64,000 nucleotides of DNA, taken from contig OY970192.1 in NCBI GenBank assembly GCA_963708135.1, positions 3,392,001 to 3,456,000 of the forward strand. Direction: 5' to 3'. The notes beneath the pieces are model-generated. The model saw only the letters and a program-made list of their open reading frames with translations. It made no database searches and was not told where the DNA came from. Every line of letters begins with the position of its first letter. Positions within the stretch are counted from its first letter, which is position 1. The position numbers were made by a program, and so were the translations under genes. The stretch comes from an uncultured Gemmatimonadales bacterium (GTDB lineage Bacteria > Gemmatimonadota > Gemmatimonadetes > Longimicrobiales > RSA9). Shown one piece after another: positions 39,521 through 49,822 of the stretch.

Positions 39521-40114
39521 TCAGGAAAGGGTCGAATCCACGTCCGAGGGGTCCGGGCGCACGGGAGCCGCCGCGCCCTCCAGGTCGCCCGACGGCCCGC
39601 CCGCCTGCCCGCCCCCCACTACCCGCCGCAGCTCCCGCTCGAACGCCTGCCGCTCGTACTCCGTCTCCACCACGATCACCACCCGCGCCGGCGAGCCCGA
39701 CGCCGCCGCGTGCTCCACCAGGACCGGGACCATTGCCGCGGCGGACTCCTCCGCATCCAGGTTCCCCGCACCGGTCCCGAGCGGCGGCATCGCCACCTCC
39801 GCGATCGCCCACTCCGCGAGCCGCCGGAGCCCGTTGCGCAGCGCCCGCCGCACGCCGGAGACGGTCACCGCCTCCTCCGGGGACCGGATGACCGCGTGCA
39901 CCATGAACTCCGCCGCGAGGCCGCCCGCCGGCGTGATCACCGCCGACCCCACCGGCAGCTCGCCGAGCCGCGCGCATTGCGCCTCCAGCCCCGGCCCCGC
40001 CACCTGCTCCAGCCGCCGCATCGCCGGCGTGGGCGCCGACCAGTCCGCCGACACCGGACGGAGCATCGCCATCGCCTCCGTGGAGGCCAGCTCTCCCAGC
40101 CGGATCTCGATCAC
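39521..40114 (-). CDS. Divergent macro domain protein
   Basis: GSAVITPAGGL..VHAV, MPPLGTGAG. Confidence 0.75.
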   Translation of the reverse strand: MIEIRLGELASTEAMAMLRPVSADWSAPTPAMRRLEQVAGPGLEAQCARLGELPVGSAVITPAGGLAAEFMVHAVIRSPEEAVTVSGVRRALRNGLRRLAEWAIAEVAMPPLGTGAGNLDAEESAAAMVPVLVEHAAASGSPARVVIVVETEYERQAFERELRRVVGGGQAGGPSGDLEGAAAPVRPDPSDVDSTLS

Positions 40115-41061
40115 GCCGCCGTGATCTCCCGCGCCTTCCGGTACATCGCCGCCGCCTGCTGCGGCAGGTGCTTGCGATCGAACAGGATCCCCATCGTGAA
40201 GTACGCCCGCGGGTTGTGCGGGTGGAGCTGTACCGAGCGCTCCAGCATGCGCAGCGCCTCGTCCACCCGCCCGAGCTGGTTCAGGCACTCGCCGCGGTAG
40301 AAGTACGCCGTAGCGTGGCCGGGATCCAGGTCCAGCGCCCGCTTCAGCTCCAGCTCCGCCTGGCCGTACAGCCCCCGCCGGAAGCTCAGGATCCCCATGC
40401 TCGCGTGTACGTCCGCGCGGCCCGGCTCCAGCCGATGCGCCCGCCGCAGCTCCTTCTCCGCCGGGTCGTAGCGCCGCAGCGCCGCCAGTGCCGCGGCAAC
40501 GTTCAGCAGCACGTCCACGTTGTCGGCATCGATGTCCCGCGCCGCCTCGAACTGCTCCAGCGCCAGCGTGTGGTCCCCACGCCGGTCGTAGATGACGCCG
40601 AGATTGTTGCGCGCCTTCAGGTTGCGAGGATCGTCGAAAAGCAGCTCCCGGTACAGCGCGATCGCCGCCCCGAGATCCCCCTCCGATTCCAGCTCGCGCG
40701 CCCGCACGAAGCGCGGATCCTCCGCGGCGAGCCCCACCTCCACCTCCTCGCCGGCCCCGCGCGGCTCCGCGTCCCGGACCCGCTCCCTGCCCCCGGGAGC
40801 CGCGTCCGCCGGCTGCGCCGGCTCCTCCACCGGCGCATCAGCCTCATCCGGATCGTCACCGCCGCGGCCCGTTTCCGCCGTATCGGCGCCCTCCCGGTCA
40901 CGCGACTCGCTGCCGCCGGCAAGCGCATCGAGCTGCTCCGCCGGCACCTCGTTGTGGGCCATTGCCACCTCCGCGTCTCCGTCGCCGGCCCCTTCCGCCG
41001 TCGGCTCGACCACTCCGGCCTTCTCGCGCGCGCTCATCCTCCGCAGCCTCTTCCTCGTCAT
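40111..41061 (-). CDS. TPR protein with acidic disordered N-terminus
   Basis: About 5 TPR repeats (ARNNLGVIY, AYFYRGECL, AYFTMGIL). Confidence 0.85.
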   Translation of the reverse strand: MTRKRLRRMSAREKAGVVEPTAEGAGDGDAEVAMAHNEVPAEQLDALAGGSESRDREGADTAETGRGGDDPDEADAPVEEPAQPADAAPGGRERVRDAEPRGAGEEVEVGLAAEDPRFVRARELESEGDLGAAIALYRELLFDDPRNLKARNNLGVIYDRRGDHTLALEQFEAARDIDADNVDVLLNVAAALAALRRYDPAEKELRRAHRLEPGRADVHASMGILSFRRGLYGQAELELKRALDLDPGHATAYFYRGECLNQLGRVDEALRMLERSVQLHPHNPRAYFTMGILFDRKHLPQQAAAMYRKAREITAA

Positions 41062-41417
41062 TCCTCGGTGTTCCTTCCGATTTCGGGCCCCACGCTCTCG
41101 GCCACCCAGTCCAGGTACGGGGCGTGCCCGGCCGGCACCGGAAGAACCAGCAGCTCCGGCACCTCGTACGGGTGGAGCGCCGCGGCGCGCTCGAGCAGCC
41201 GCACCACCCGTGCCTCGGTCGTCTTCAGCAGGACGAGGACCTCTGCCGCGCGCTCGACCGCACCGCGCCATCGATAGATCGAGAGCACGCCCGGCAGGAT
41301 GTTGCCGCAGGCGACGATACCCTCCTCCACCAGCGCGCGCACCATACCCTCCGCGGTGTCCGCGTCCGGCACCGTCATGAGCGCCAGGCGGACGTTCGTG
41401 CCGGCCGCACCGCTCAC
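41058..41417 (-). CDS. cutA: Divalent-cation tolerance protein CutA
   Basis: ACGNI, SIYRWRG, HPYEVPE. Confidence 0.92.
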   Translation of the reverse strand: MSGAAGTNVRLALMTVPDADTAEGMVRALVEEGIVACGNILPGVLSIYRWRGAVERAAEVLVLLKTTEARVVRLLERAAALHPYEVPELLVLPVPAGHAPYLDWVAESVGPEIGRNTEE

Positions 41418-43258
41418 TCCGTCACCACCGCGGACGCCTGCTCGTAGATCCGCTCGATCAGTGCCGAGAGGTGCTCCTCCACCACTCGCCGCTTCACCTT
41501 CAGCGTCGGCGTCAGCTCGCCCTGCTCGATGCTGAGCTCGTGCTCCAGGATCGCGATCTTCTTCGGCGTCTCGTAGCGCGCCAGCTCGCCGAACCGCTTG
41601 AACACATCCTGCTCGATCAGCGTCTGCACCCGCGGATCCTCCAGCAGCTCGCGATCGGTCCGCGCGCGCACCCCGTTCTGCCTGGCCCACAGGCGGACCG
41701 GGTCCAGCGCCGGAAGCACCAGCAGCACGGGATAGGGGCGGCGGTCCCCGATCATCACCGCCTCGGAGACGTAACGGCTCGCCCTGGCCAGATTCTCCAC
41801 CGGCTGCGGCGCAATGTTCTTGCCGCCCGCGGTGACGATGATCTCCTTCTTGCGGTCGGTGATCCGGAGATAGCCGTCCGCGTCGATCTCGCCAATGTCG
41901 CCCGTGTGGAGCCAGCCCTCCGGATCGATCGCCTCCGCCGTCGCCTCCGGACTCCCGTAGTAGCCCTTCATCACCTGCCGCCCTCGCACCAGGATCTCGC
42001 CATCCTCCGCGATCATGATCTCCGTCCCCGCCACCGGCTTCCCCACCGTGCCGATCCGCAGCGAGTCCGGCGTGTTCACGTTCGTTACCGGCGAGGTCTC
42101 CGTCAGGCCGTAGCCCTCGAGGATCAGCACGCCCGCGGAGTAGAAGAACTTCGCGATCTGCGGCGAGAGCGGCGCCCCGCCGGAGATGAAGTAGCGCAGC
42201 CGTCCGCCGATCCGCTCCCGCAGCTTCGAGAACACCAGCCGGTCCGCCACCGCGTGCCTCAGCCGCGTGGACAGCGAGGGCTTCCGCCCCGACAGCACCG
42301 CCGTGGCCCAGGCATCGCCCACCCGCCGCGCCCAGAGCACCAGCCGTCGGCGGATCCCCGTCGCCGCGAAGACCCGCGCGTAGAACTTCTCGTACACCCG
42401 CGGCGTCGAGACCACGATCGTCGGCCCCACCTCCACGAGCGCCTGCGGCACCAGGTCGAAAGAGCCCACGTACGCGATCGCGCAGCCATGATAGAACAGG
42501 AGATAGTCCACCATCCGCTGCAGCACGTGCGAGAGCGGCAGAAAGCTCAGCGCCACATCCGTCGAACCGATGTCAACCACCGATCCGGTCGCTTCGACGT
42601 TCGAGAACAGGTTGTCGTGCGTCAGCATGACGCCCTTCGGCTCACCGGTCGTGCCCGACGTGTAAATCAGCGTGCAGACCTCGTCCGGGTCCGCCGCCAG
42701 GGCACGCGCCCGGAACTCGGCCGCGGCCGCGCCCCCCTCCCGGCCCTCCGCCTCCAGCGCCGCCAGCGTGAGCACGCCCGGCTCCGCCGTCTCGAGCGCG
42801 TCGAACACGACGATTCGCTCCAGCGCCGGCAGGTCCTGGCGAACCTCCAGGATCTTGGCCAGCTGCGCCCGGCTCGAGACGAACACCAGTCGGGCGCCCG
42901 AGTCCTCGAGGATGTAGGCGATCTGGTGCGGCGGCAGCGTCGCGTAGATCGGCACGTCCAGCGCCCCAATGCACAGGGCGGCGTAGTCCGCCAGCGCCCA
43001 CTCGGGCCGGTTCTCCGAGAGAAGTGCGACACGGTCGCCGCGCTTGATCCCCAGCCCTTCCAGCCCCGCGCCGATCGCCTGCACCCGCGCGAGCACCTCG
43101 GCGTGCGAGATCGCCCGCCATTCCTCGCCCGCGCGCTCGCGGAGCGCATCCGCCCCGTCCCAGGTCTCGACCGCGTGGAAGAACAGCTCTGTCAGTGTGC
43201 CGCGCGGGACCTCCGCGGGATTCGCCGCGTAGCTGCGGCCCGCCGTGCGCGTCGCCAT
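41414..43258 (-). CDS. Long-chain fatty acid-CoA ligase
   Basis: YTSGTTGEPKG, EGYGLTET, TGDIG, TPTLKVKR. Confidence 0.93.
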   Translation of the reverse strand: MATRTAGRSYAANPAEVPRGTLTELFFHAVETWDGADALRERAGEEWRAISHAEVLARVQAIGAGLEGLGIKRGDRVALLSENRPEWALADYAALCIGALDVPIYATLPPHQIAYILEDSGARLVFVSSRAQLAKILEVRQDLPALERIVVFDALETAEPGVLTLAALEAEGREGGAAAAEFRARALAADPDEVCTLIYTSGTTGEPKGVMLTHDNLFSNVEATGSVVDIGSTDVALSFLPLSHVLQRMVDYLLFYHGCAIAYVGSFDLVPQALVEVGPTIVVSTPRVYEKFYARVFAATGIRRRLVLWARRVGDAWATAVLSGRKPSLSTRLRHAVADRLVFSKLRERIGGRLRYFISGGAPLSPQIAKFFYSAGVLILEGYGLTETSPVTNVNTPDSLRIGTVGKPVAGTEIMIAEDGEILVRGRQVMKGYYGSPEATAEAIDPEGWLHTGDIGEIDADGYLRITDRKKEIIVTAGGKNIAPQPVENLARASRYVSEAVMIGDRRPYPVLLVLPALDPVRLWARQNGVRARTDRELLEDPRVQTLIEQDVFKRFGELARYETPKKIAILEHELSIEQGELTPTLKVKRRVVEEHLSALIERIYEQASAVVTE

Positions 43259-43291
43259 GCATCCTCCCGGCTGCCGGTTCGCCCCGCGGAG

Positions 43292-43711
43292 CTACCGCCG
43301 CACGACCTCGATCGTGATCCCGATGTCCGCCCGCAGGGAATGCAGCGCGCTGCAGTACGTCTCGTGGGATAGCGCCACCGCCCGCCGCAGCTTCTCCTCG
43401 TCCGCCGCTGGCAGGCCGCGCGCCTCGTACACGAAACGCAACGCCGTGAAGCGGCGCGGCGGCTCCGCCGCACGGTCCCCCTCCAGCCGCACCGCCAGCC
43501 CCTCGAGCGGCACGCGCATCTTCGTCAGGATCTCCACCGTGTCGGCCGCCGTGCACCCCGCCACCCCGAGCAGGAGCGTCTGCATCGGCGACGGCCCCAG
43601 CCGGGCGCCCCCGCCATCCACCGTGACCACCGGCCCACCCGGCGCTCCGCCCTCGAACGCCAGCCCCGCCCCCGTCCACGTCAGCGCCACGGCCGTGTCC
43701 GCCACCTTCAC
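43292..43711 (-). CDS. OsmC family protein
   Basis: SPMQTLL..VAGC, YCS. Confidence 0.88.
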   Translation of the reverse strand: MKVADTAVALTWTGAGLAFEGGAPGGPVVTVDGGGARLGPSPMQTLLLGVAGCTAADTVEILTKMRVPLEGLAVRLEGDRAAEPPRRFTALRFVYEARGLPAADEEKLRRAVALSHETYCSALHSLRADIGITIEVVRR

Positions 43712-44151
43712 CCGCCGTCCGGTTCGGTCGATGCCTCCGCCGGCCCGCTCGTCAGCTTCTCCAGCGTCTCACGTGCGTGCTCGATGTGGCGCTCCGCGTC
43801 CCCCCCGGCCGGCGCGTTCTCCAGGAACGCGCGCAGATGGTCCACCGCCTCCTCCGGCCGGCCCTCCCGCAGCATCAGGAACGCCAGCCCGTAGTGCGCG
43901 CCAGGGGCGTTCGGCTTCCGGTCCAGCACGCCCCGGTACGTCTTCATCGCCTCGTCCGTCATGCCGATGCGCGTGTACGTGATCGCGATCTGCTGCGCGA
44001 TCGCGTCGTCGCCCGGGGCGTCGCGCTGCGCCAGCCGGAACGACGTCAACGCCTCGTGGTACTTCGACACCTTCAGGAGCTCCATCCCCTCGCGGTAATA
44101 GTCGACGTCTTCCGGGTCACGACCGCCGAAGAGCTTTTTCAGGAAGGCCAT
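43708..44151 (-). CDS. TPR protein
   Basis: YYREGMELL, AHYGLAFL repeats. Confidence 0.82.
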   Translation of the reverse strand: MAFLKKLFGGRDPEDVDYYREGMELLKVSKYHEALTSFRLAQRDAPGDDAIAQQIAITYTRIGMTDEAMKTYRGVLDRKPNAPGAHYGLAFLMLREGRPEEAVDHLRAFLENAPAGGDAERHIEHARETLEKLTSGPAEASTEPDGG

Positions 44152-44265
44152 GGGCAAGTCTGGGGAGGCGGGATGAACGTCGTCCGGGCACGGCCCCGGG
44201 AGCACGCCCCAAGATAGAGCCGTCACCGGCGCGGATGCAACGCGCCGGAAGCCGCCCCGGACCCG

Positions 44266-44901
44266 CTACCGACCACCACCACCGCGCCCCGCCACCACCG
44301 TCTCCCCCTCCCGCGCCAGCACCCCGAGCCCCACCGCTCCGAGCCGCCGCTCCGCGTCCGCCGGCGCACCCGTGAGCACCAGCCGCCCGAGCGGGCCGAG
44401 CACCCGCGCCCCTTCCTCCAGGAGCGTATCCGCCGCCCCCCCTGTCAGTGCCACCCCCGGCAGGCTGCGATCGTGGAACGGGAGCTCCCCGCCCGCCGCG
44501 ATCCGGCTCACCCCCGCCTCCTCCGGCCAGCCCGCAAGCGCCGCGTCCGTGGCCACCACCTCGACCCCCTCCACCAGCGCCGCCACCGCCGGCGCGTGCC
44601 GCGTGCCCTCCCCGGCCAGCAGCCAGAACCCCTTCCCTTCCCGGAGGCCCAGCAGCGCGCCCAGCCGCACCGCCGCCTCGCCGCCCTCCGCCACCGGCGC
44701 CACCACCTCCGACAGCGACGGCGCCGGCGGAGGCCGCAGGTCCGCGAAGCCGCCCCGGATAGGGTACCGCTCCCGGCAGTTCGCGCAGCCGAGCGCCCCC
44801 TCCAGAACCCGGCGCTCGATCACCCGATCCGCCAGCAGAATCAGACCGAACCGCGGCCCGCACCGGGGGCACGTCAGGACATCCGTCAGCACCAGATGCA
44901 T
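44266..44901 (-). CDS. Trm112-like Zn-ribbon fused to a degenerate methyltransferase-like domain
   Basis: LTCPRC..LGCANC..YPIRGG; LPFHDRSL, RVLGPLG. Confidence 0.7.
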   Translation of the reverse strand: MHLVLTDVLTCPRCGPRFGLILLADRVIERRVLEGALGCANCRERYPIRGGFADLRPPPAPSLSEVVAPVAEGGEAAVRLGALLGLREGKGFWLLAGEGTRHAPAVAALVEGVEVVATDAALAGWPEEAGVSRIAAGGELPFHDRSLPGVALTGGAADTLLEEGARVLGPLGRLVLTGAPADAERRLGAVGLGVLAREGETVVAGRGGGGR

Positions 44902-45105
44902 GGCCGCGAACGTAGGCTCGCGCCGCCGGACGGACCAGCCCCGGCGGGACCGGCGCCCGCGTCCGCGCAGGGGCGACCGACGGACTTCGGACGGAAATTT
45001 ATGAATGCCGGTGAAGAAAATGTTGCCGGGTCTCCGCGTCATGCGCCGGCGGCGACAACCAACTAAGAGATGGCCGTACAGTTGGTTAGCGCATTGAGTC
45101 GCCTT

Positions 45106-45121
45106 TGGACCGTCGTCTGCA
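45106..45121 (+). promoter_or_regulatory. Candidate sigma54 promoter TGGACCG-N4-CTGCA
   Basis: GG-N10-GC about 100 bp upstream of the pilin-like gene in an AT-richer region. Confidence 0.45.
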
Positions 45122-45222
45122 TTGTGCGCCGTGCCAAAGTCGAACCGAAAACGCAGAATCGGGGCGATTCGCCCCAGGCGGCGTCGCTGCCGCACCCCCC
45201 TCGTGCCCAGGAGACCAGGACA

Positions 45223-45714
45223 ATGTCCAAGCGGGTCACCACCTTCCTCGCGGCGCTCGTGCTGTTCGGCGCCGGCGCCGCGGCGGCGCAGACGACGGCG
45301 ACCGCCACGTCGAGCATCACCATCGGCCAGGTGCTCTACATCGGGCTCGCCACCGGGAACCCGACGTTCTCCTCGCCGACGGCCGCGGACTTCAACGCGG
45401 GCGAGATCACGTCGAGCACCAGCGCGACGGTGACGCACGCCGGGAACGTCACTCATACGGTCACGATCAAGGCGGACGCCGCGAACATGACGGCATCCGT
45501 GGACCCGGTGAACGACATCAAGCCGGCCAGCGACCTCCAGTGGGATGCGGGAAGCGGCTGGGGGAGCGTGAGCACGTCGGGGGCGGACGTGGTGACGAGC
45601 GCGCCGAAGGGCGTCGGCACGGCCACGGTCAACTACAAGATGCTGCTCGACTACTCGACGGATGCGCCGGATACCTACACCCTGGGCATCACGTACACGG
45701 TCGTGGCAGGCTGA
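45223..45714 (+). CDS. Secreted pilin-like major subunit
   Basis: Signal peptide; Thr/Ser/Ala-rich beta protein; C-terminal PDTYTLGITYTV. Confidence 0.7.
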   Translation: MSKRVTTFLAALVLFGAGAAAAQTTATATSSITIGQVLYIGLATGNPTFSSPTAADFNAGEITSSTSATVTHAGNVTHTVTIKADAANMTASVDPVNDIKPASDLQWDAGSGWGSVSTSGADVVTSAPKGVGTATVNYKMLLDYSTDAPDTYTLGITYTVVAG

Positions 45715-45717
45715 CCG

Positions 45718-45758
45718 CCGGGGCGGCGTCTCCCCCCGGGGGACTCCGCCGCCTCCGG
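45718..45758 (+). terminator. GC-rich hairpin after the major pilin-like gene
   Basis: CCGGGGCGGCG...CCGCCGCCTCCGG inverted repeat; no U tract. Confidence 0.5.
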
Positions 45759-45819
45759 CGCCGGCGGAGCCCGGTGCCGGGCCGACGGAATCGGACTCTC
45801 TCCCCGAACCCACGAGCTG

Positions 45820-46620
45820 ATGATGGCTGCGAAGCGGTATTGCCACGGGACCCGCGGTACCCACCCGGGCCCGGGTGCGGGTGGAGTGCTGACGAGCGTG
45901 CTGGCGCTGTTGCTGCTGGCCGCGCCGGTGCGGGCCCAGTTCTCGGTGGACCCGGTCATCCTGGAGTTCGCGAGCGACACCGCGTCCACGGCGACGGTGC
46001 ACGTGAAGAACCAGGGCAGCGGCGAGATGCAGCTCCGCTTCTACACGGCGGACTTCGACCAGACCCTCTCCGGCGACCACGATTTCCTCCCGATCGGCAG
46101 GCACCCGCGCACGTGCGCGGCCCGGCTGTCGGTCTATCCGGACGGGGCCACGCTGCGGCCCGGAGAGCAGCAGGACATCCGGGTGAGCATGGCCCCGGGG
46201 ACGCGGACCTGCTGGTCGCTCGTGTTCGTGGAGAGCCGTACGCGCGCCCCCACGGGGATGAGCGTCGGCCAGCGGATCGGCGTGAAAGTCTACGGCGTTC
46301 CGCCCACGGCGATGCTGGATGGACAGGTGGACACCGTCTCCGTGGTGCCGGGCGGCAGCGCCCTCACGGTGCATGTGCGGTTCACGAACCGCGGCGAGGC
46401 GCCGCTCCGGCCACAGGGCAGGGTGGAGATCCGGAGCTTTGCCGGAAAGGTTCTCGAGTCCGTGGACGTGGACGCGTTCAGCGTCCTCCCGGAGCACAGC
46501 CGTGAGCTCGCGCTGCCGGTCGGCGGCAGGCTGCCCCCTGGCCAGTACCTGGCTGTCCCGATCCTCGATTTCGGCGCCGACTACCTCGCGGGCGGGCAGG
46601 CGGTCTTCAGGATCCCGTGA
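45820..46620 (+). CDS. PapD-like pilus chaperone (true start probably near 45886)
   Basis: Signal peptide; FSVDPVIL, VKNQG, LRPGEQQDIRV, FTNRGEAPLRP two-Ig pattern. Confidence 0.7.
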   Translation: MMAAKRYCHGTRGTHPGPGAGGVLTSVLALLLLAAPVRAQFSVDPVILEFASDTASTATVHVKNQGSGEMQLRFYTADFDQTLSGDHDFLPIGRHPRTCAARLSVYPDGATLRPGEQQDIRVSMAPGTRTCWSLVFVESRTRAPTGMSVGQRIGVKVYGVPPTAMLDGQVDTVSVVPGGSALTVHVRFTNRGEAPLRPQGRVEIRSFAGKVLESVDVDAFSVLPEHSRELALPVGGRLPPGQYLAVPILDFGADYLAGGQAVFRIP

Positions 46621-47093
46621 TGCGACGCCGCGCGTCCACCCCGCTCGCCGCGGTCCTGCTGCTCCTCGCCGCGACCACGACGCCCGCCGCCGCCCAGTGC
46701 GGCAGCGGCGCCGGGAACGGCGGCTCGTTCGGGGTATCCATCGCGCCGGCGGCGGTCACCTTCCCCTCTCCGACCGCCGCGGACTTCAACCTCGGGTATG
46801 TCGACCAGTCGGGCGTCTCGGTCACCGTTACGCCGCCCAACGGCGGCCGCACCTGGTATCTCTGCGTCCGTGCGGGCACCCCCGACCTGGGCGGCTACGG
46901 GAAGCCCCTCTCGACCCTGCTCTGGCGTCCGAGCACCTCCGCGAGCTGGACGCCGATCACCACGACGGATCAGCTCGTCACCAGTCAGAAGAGCTCGGCG
47001 AGCGTCGTGATCTACTTCCGTGTCGCGCTCGCCTGGGCCGCCGACGTGCCGGGAAGCTACGGCACTCCCGTCCTGTTCACCGCCTCCTTCTGA
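46620..47093 (+). CDS. Secreted pilin-like minor subunit
   Basis: Shares SPTAADFN.G, KP.S.L.W and C-terminal P..Y motifs with the 45223 protein. Confidence 0.65.
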   Translation: MRRRASTPLAAVLLLLAATTTPAAAQCGSGAGNGGSFGVSIAPAAVTFPSPTAADFNLGYVDQSGVSVTVTPPNGGRTWYLCVRAGTPDLGGYGKPLSTLLWRPSTSASWTPITTTDQLVTSQKSSASVVIYFRVALAWAADVPGSYGTPVLFTASF

Positions 47094-47100
47094 GCGGCCC

Positions 47101-49752
47101 GTGCCCCGCCGACGCGCCCTGCCGATGTTGCTCCTCCCGCTGCTGGCAGGCACGCCGATCCGCGCCCAGGAACCGCACGTCGTCCAGCCCGGCTCGATCG
47201 CCACCGGCGCGGTCGCGTTCACTACGGCCGGGGCCGCCGGACGCATCCATTATCACATCGAGCCCGCCGCCGGCGTTCGCCTGGTCGGGCCGGCGGACGG
47301 CGCGCTCGAGGGCGGGACGGATACGCTGCTCGTGCCGATCACGTTCGGCCTGCCGCGCGACCAGCGCGCCGGAGCGCTGCGCGCGGCCCGAGTGTTCCTG
47401 ACCCTGCCGGACGGCGCGGCGGATTCCGCCGACCTCGTCGTGCGCGTGGCCGTGCGCCGCCGGATCGCGGCCGCGCTCGCGGCGGAGCCCGCCGCCACCA
47501 GCCCGGGTGGGCAGATCCGGCTCCGGTACCGCATCCGCAATCTCGGCAACGCGACCGATACTGTCCTGCTGGCCGGGCTTAGCGCGGGCGACTGGGACCC
47601 CCCGCACCTCTCCCCGACCCCGATCGCCATCGCGCCGGGAGAGGAGGCCGAGGGCACCATCGGGCTGCGCGTCCCGCGTCGCGCCACTCCAGGCGATGCC
47701 CGCAACGCCTCCCTCTCCATCCGCACCGGCGGCGCCGAGAGCCACGCCAGCGCGCTCGTGCGCGTGGTCCACCCCGCTGGGCTCCTGCCGGGCTTCGCGC
47801 AGCTCCCGGCTACCCTCTTCGTCGGCTCCGCGCTGGATGGCCGCTCGCCGCTCGCCGGCGGTGCGGCGTTCTCGCTCAGCGGCACGGGGCAGGTCGTGCC
47901 CGGCACCCGCCTGAGCCTCGATCTCCGCCACCTCCCGGAGGAGGGCCAGCCGGCCGCGTTCCGGCAGGTGCTCGCGGGACCGCGCATGCGGCTCGCCGTC
48001 CAGCACGCAGGCTGGGATGCCGCGCTCGGCGACGTCTACGTCCGCGACCGCGTGCTCACCGGAACCTATGCGCAAGGCCGGGGGCTCGACCTGCACCTGG
48101 CAGAAGGCGCCCACACCGCCTCCGTCCTGCTGGCCCGCCCCCTCCTGTTCCAGAGCCCGGCCGGGGGACATCTGGCCGGCCTCTCCGTGGGCACGACCAC
48201 CCCCCTCGGCGGCCTCGACCTGTCCCTCGCCGACATGGCGCGTCCGACCGCCGGGGCGGGGACGGACCGCACCCGCAGCGTCGGCGTCAAGCTCCGGGTG
48301 CCGGAGTCCCCGACCGGGCACCTGACCGCGGAGCTGGCGCTGCAGCGCCTCTCGGATGATCGGGACCACGTCGCCACCGGCCCCGCGCTGAATCTCGACT
48401 ACGCGCTCCGCCGCGACGGCTACGGCCTCACGGCGCGCCTGCGCCATACACCCGCCGCCCTGCCCGGCGCGGGCGGCCTCGGCAACGAGGCCTACCTCTC
48501 CGGCATGGCGAGCGTGGACGGGCCCCTCGCCGTGCAGGGCTGGGTCTTCTCGAGCTCCACGCCCCTGCTCGGCATCCCGCAGGACCCGCGCTCCCGCGGC
48601 GGCTCGCTCGGGCTGCGCGTGAACGGCAGCGACGGACAGCTCGACCTGCTCGGCAACTACCGGCGCACGCAGGGTCTCGGACTCTTCCGCGCCACCGACA
48701 GGCGCACCCTGAGCGCCTTCGCCTCTCGCGGCCTCGGCGCATTCCGCCTCGACGGCACCGCCGAGGTCGGACAGCTCATCGCGGACGGCGCCCCGCGTCC
48801 GCTCCAGAACTACCGGGCCGACGCCTACCTCTACACGTCTCGCGCGTGGGGCTGGCTGGCCCTGACCCACAACGACGAGTTCGGCGCGCCCCTCACCCGC
48901 CTGGACGTGGGCGGCTCCCTCACGCTCGCCCACCTCGACCTCGAGGCCGGAACCGGGACACGGCTCGACATGCCCGTGAGTCGGTCCTTCAGCTTCTGGA
49001 GCGGCACCACCATTCACGTCGCGGAGGGCACGGGCATCGTCGTCGGCGCCGAGTACCAGCCCTGGCAGCCCGCCGGCTCGCGCTGGCGCACCTCGATCGG
49101 CATCCGCCGCGCACTCCCGCTCCCGCTGCCCGTCCCCGTGGCGCCGCTCGTCGCCGGCAGCGTCTTCGAGGACCGCGACGGCAACGGCCGCCGCGACCCC
49201 GGAGAGCCGACCGTCCCCGGCGTGACGCTCCAGCTCGGGCCCGTCCGCCAGACCACCAATGCCGCCGGCCGTTTCGCCTTTTCCACCGACGTCGGCCGCG
49301 GCCACACACTCGAGATCGATGCCGGCTCGCTGCCCCCCGGCACCATTGTACCGCCCGCGGCCGCGCTCCGTGGCCACGGTCACATCGACATCCCCATCGT
49401 CCCGACCGGCGGGCTCCGCCTCACGCTGTTCCTCGACGAGAACGGCAATGCCGCCCGCGACCCCGCCGAGCCCGCCGCGACCGGGGCGCTCGTCTCGCTG
49501 ATCGACGCCGCCGGCCGCCGCCGTGACGCCGTATCCGACGACGACGGCACGATCGAATTCCGCGCCCTCCCCGTCGGCGTCTACGACGTCCGCATCTCCG
49601 CCCGCCCGAACGGAGGGCGCCCACTCCCGCCGGTGACGCTACACCTGCGGATCGAGACCGGACGGACCCTCCAGCACGAGGTCGCCGCCCCCACCCGCCG
49701 CATCGACATCCGCATGCGGCCGCCGGCGCCGGGCGAAGCCGCCATCCCCTGA
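47101..49752 (+). CDS. Usher-like outer membrane protein with C-terminal SdrD-B/Cna-B-like domains
   Basis: N-terminal Ig (NLGNATDT), amphipathic beta strands, VFEDRDGNGRRDPGE and FLDENGNAARDPAE. Confidence 0.6.
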   Translation: MPRRRALPMLLLPLLAGTPIRAQEPHVVQPGSIATGAVAFTTAGAAGRIHYHIEPAAGVRLVGPADGALEGGTDTLLVPITFGLPRDQRAGALRAARVFLTLPDGAADSADLVVRVAVRRRIAAALAAEPAATSPGGQIRLRYRIRNLGNATDTVLLAGLSAGDWDPPHLSPTPIAIAPGEEAEGTIGLRVPRRATPGDARNASLSIRTGGAESHASALVRVVHPAGLLPGFAQLPATLFVGSALDGRSPLAGGAAFSLSGTGQVVPGTRLSLDLRHLPEEGQPAAFRQVLAGPRMRLAVQHAGWDAALGDVYVRDRVLTGTYAQGRGLDLHLAEGAHTASVLLARPLLFQSPAGGHLAGLSVGTTTPLGGLDLSLADMARPTAGAGTDRTRSVGVKLRVPESPTGHLTAELALQRLSDDRDHVATGPALNLDYALRRDGYGLTARLRHTPAALPGAGGLGNEAYLSGMASVDGPLAVQGWVFSSSTPLLGIPQDPRSRGGSLGLRVNGSDGQLDLLGNYRRTQGLGLFRATDRRTLSAFASRGLGAFRLDGTAEVGQLIADGAPRPLQNYRADAYLYTSRAWGWLALTHNDEFGAPLTRLDVGGSLTLAHLDLEAGTGTRLDMPVSRSFSFWSGTTIHVAEGTGIVVGAEYQPWQPAGSRWRTSIGIRRALPLPLPVPVAPLVAGSVFEDRDGNGRRDPGEPTVPGVTLQLGPVRQTTNAAGRFAFSTDVGRGHTLEIDAGSLPPGTIVPPAAALRGHGHIDIPIVPTGGLRLTLFLDENGNAARDPAEPAATGALVSLIDAAGRRRDAVSDDDGTIEFRALPVGVYDVRISARPNGGRPLPPVTLHLRIETGRTLQHEVAAPTRRIDIRMRPPAPGEAAIP

Positions 49753-49822
49753 CCCGAACGCACAACGGCCCCGCATCTCCACGGAGATCCAGGGCCGGGG
49801 CGACGAGACGCGCCGCTCGGCG

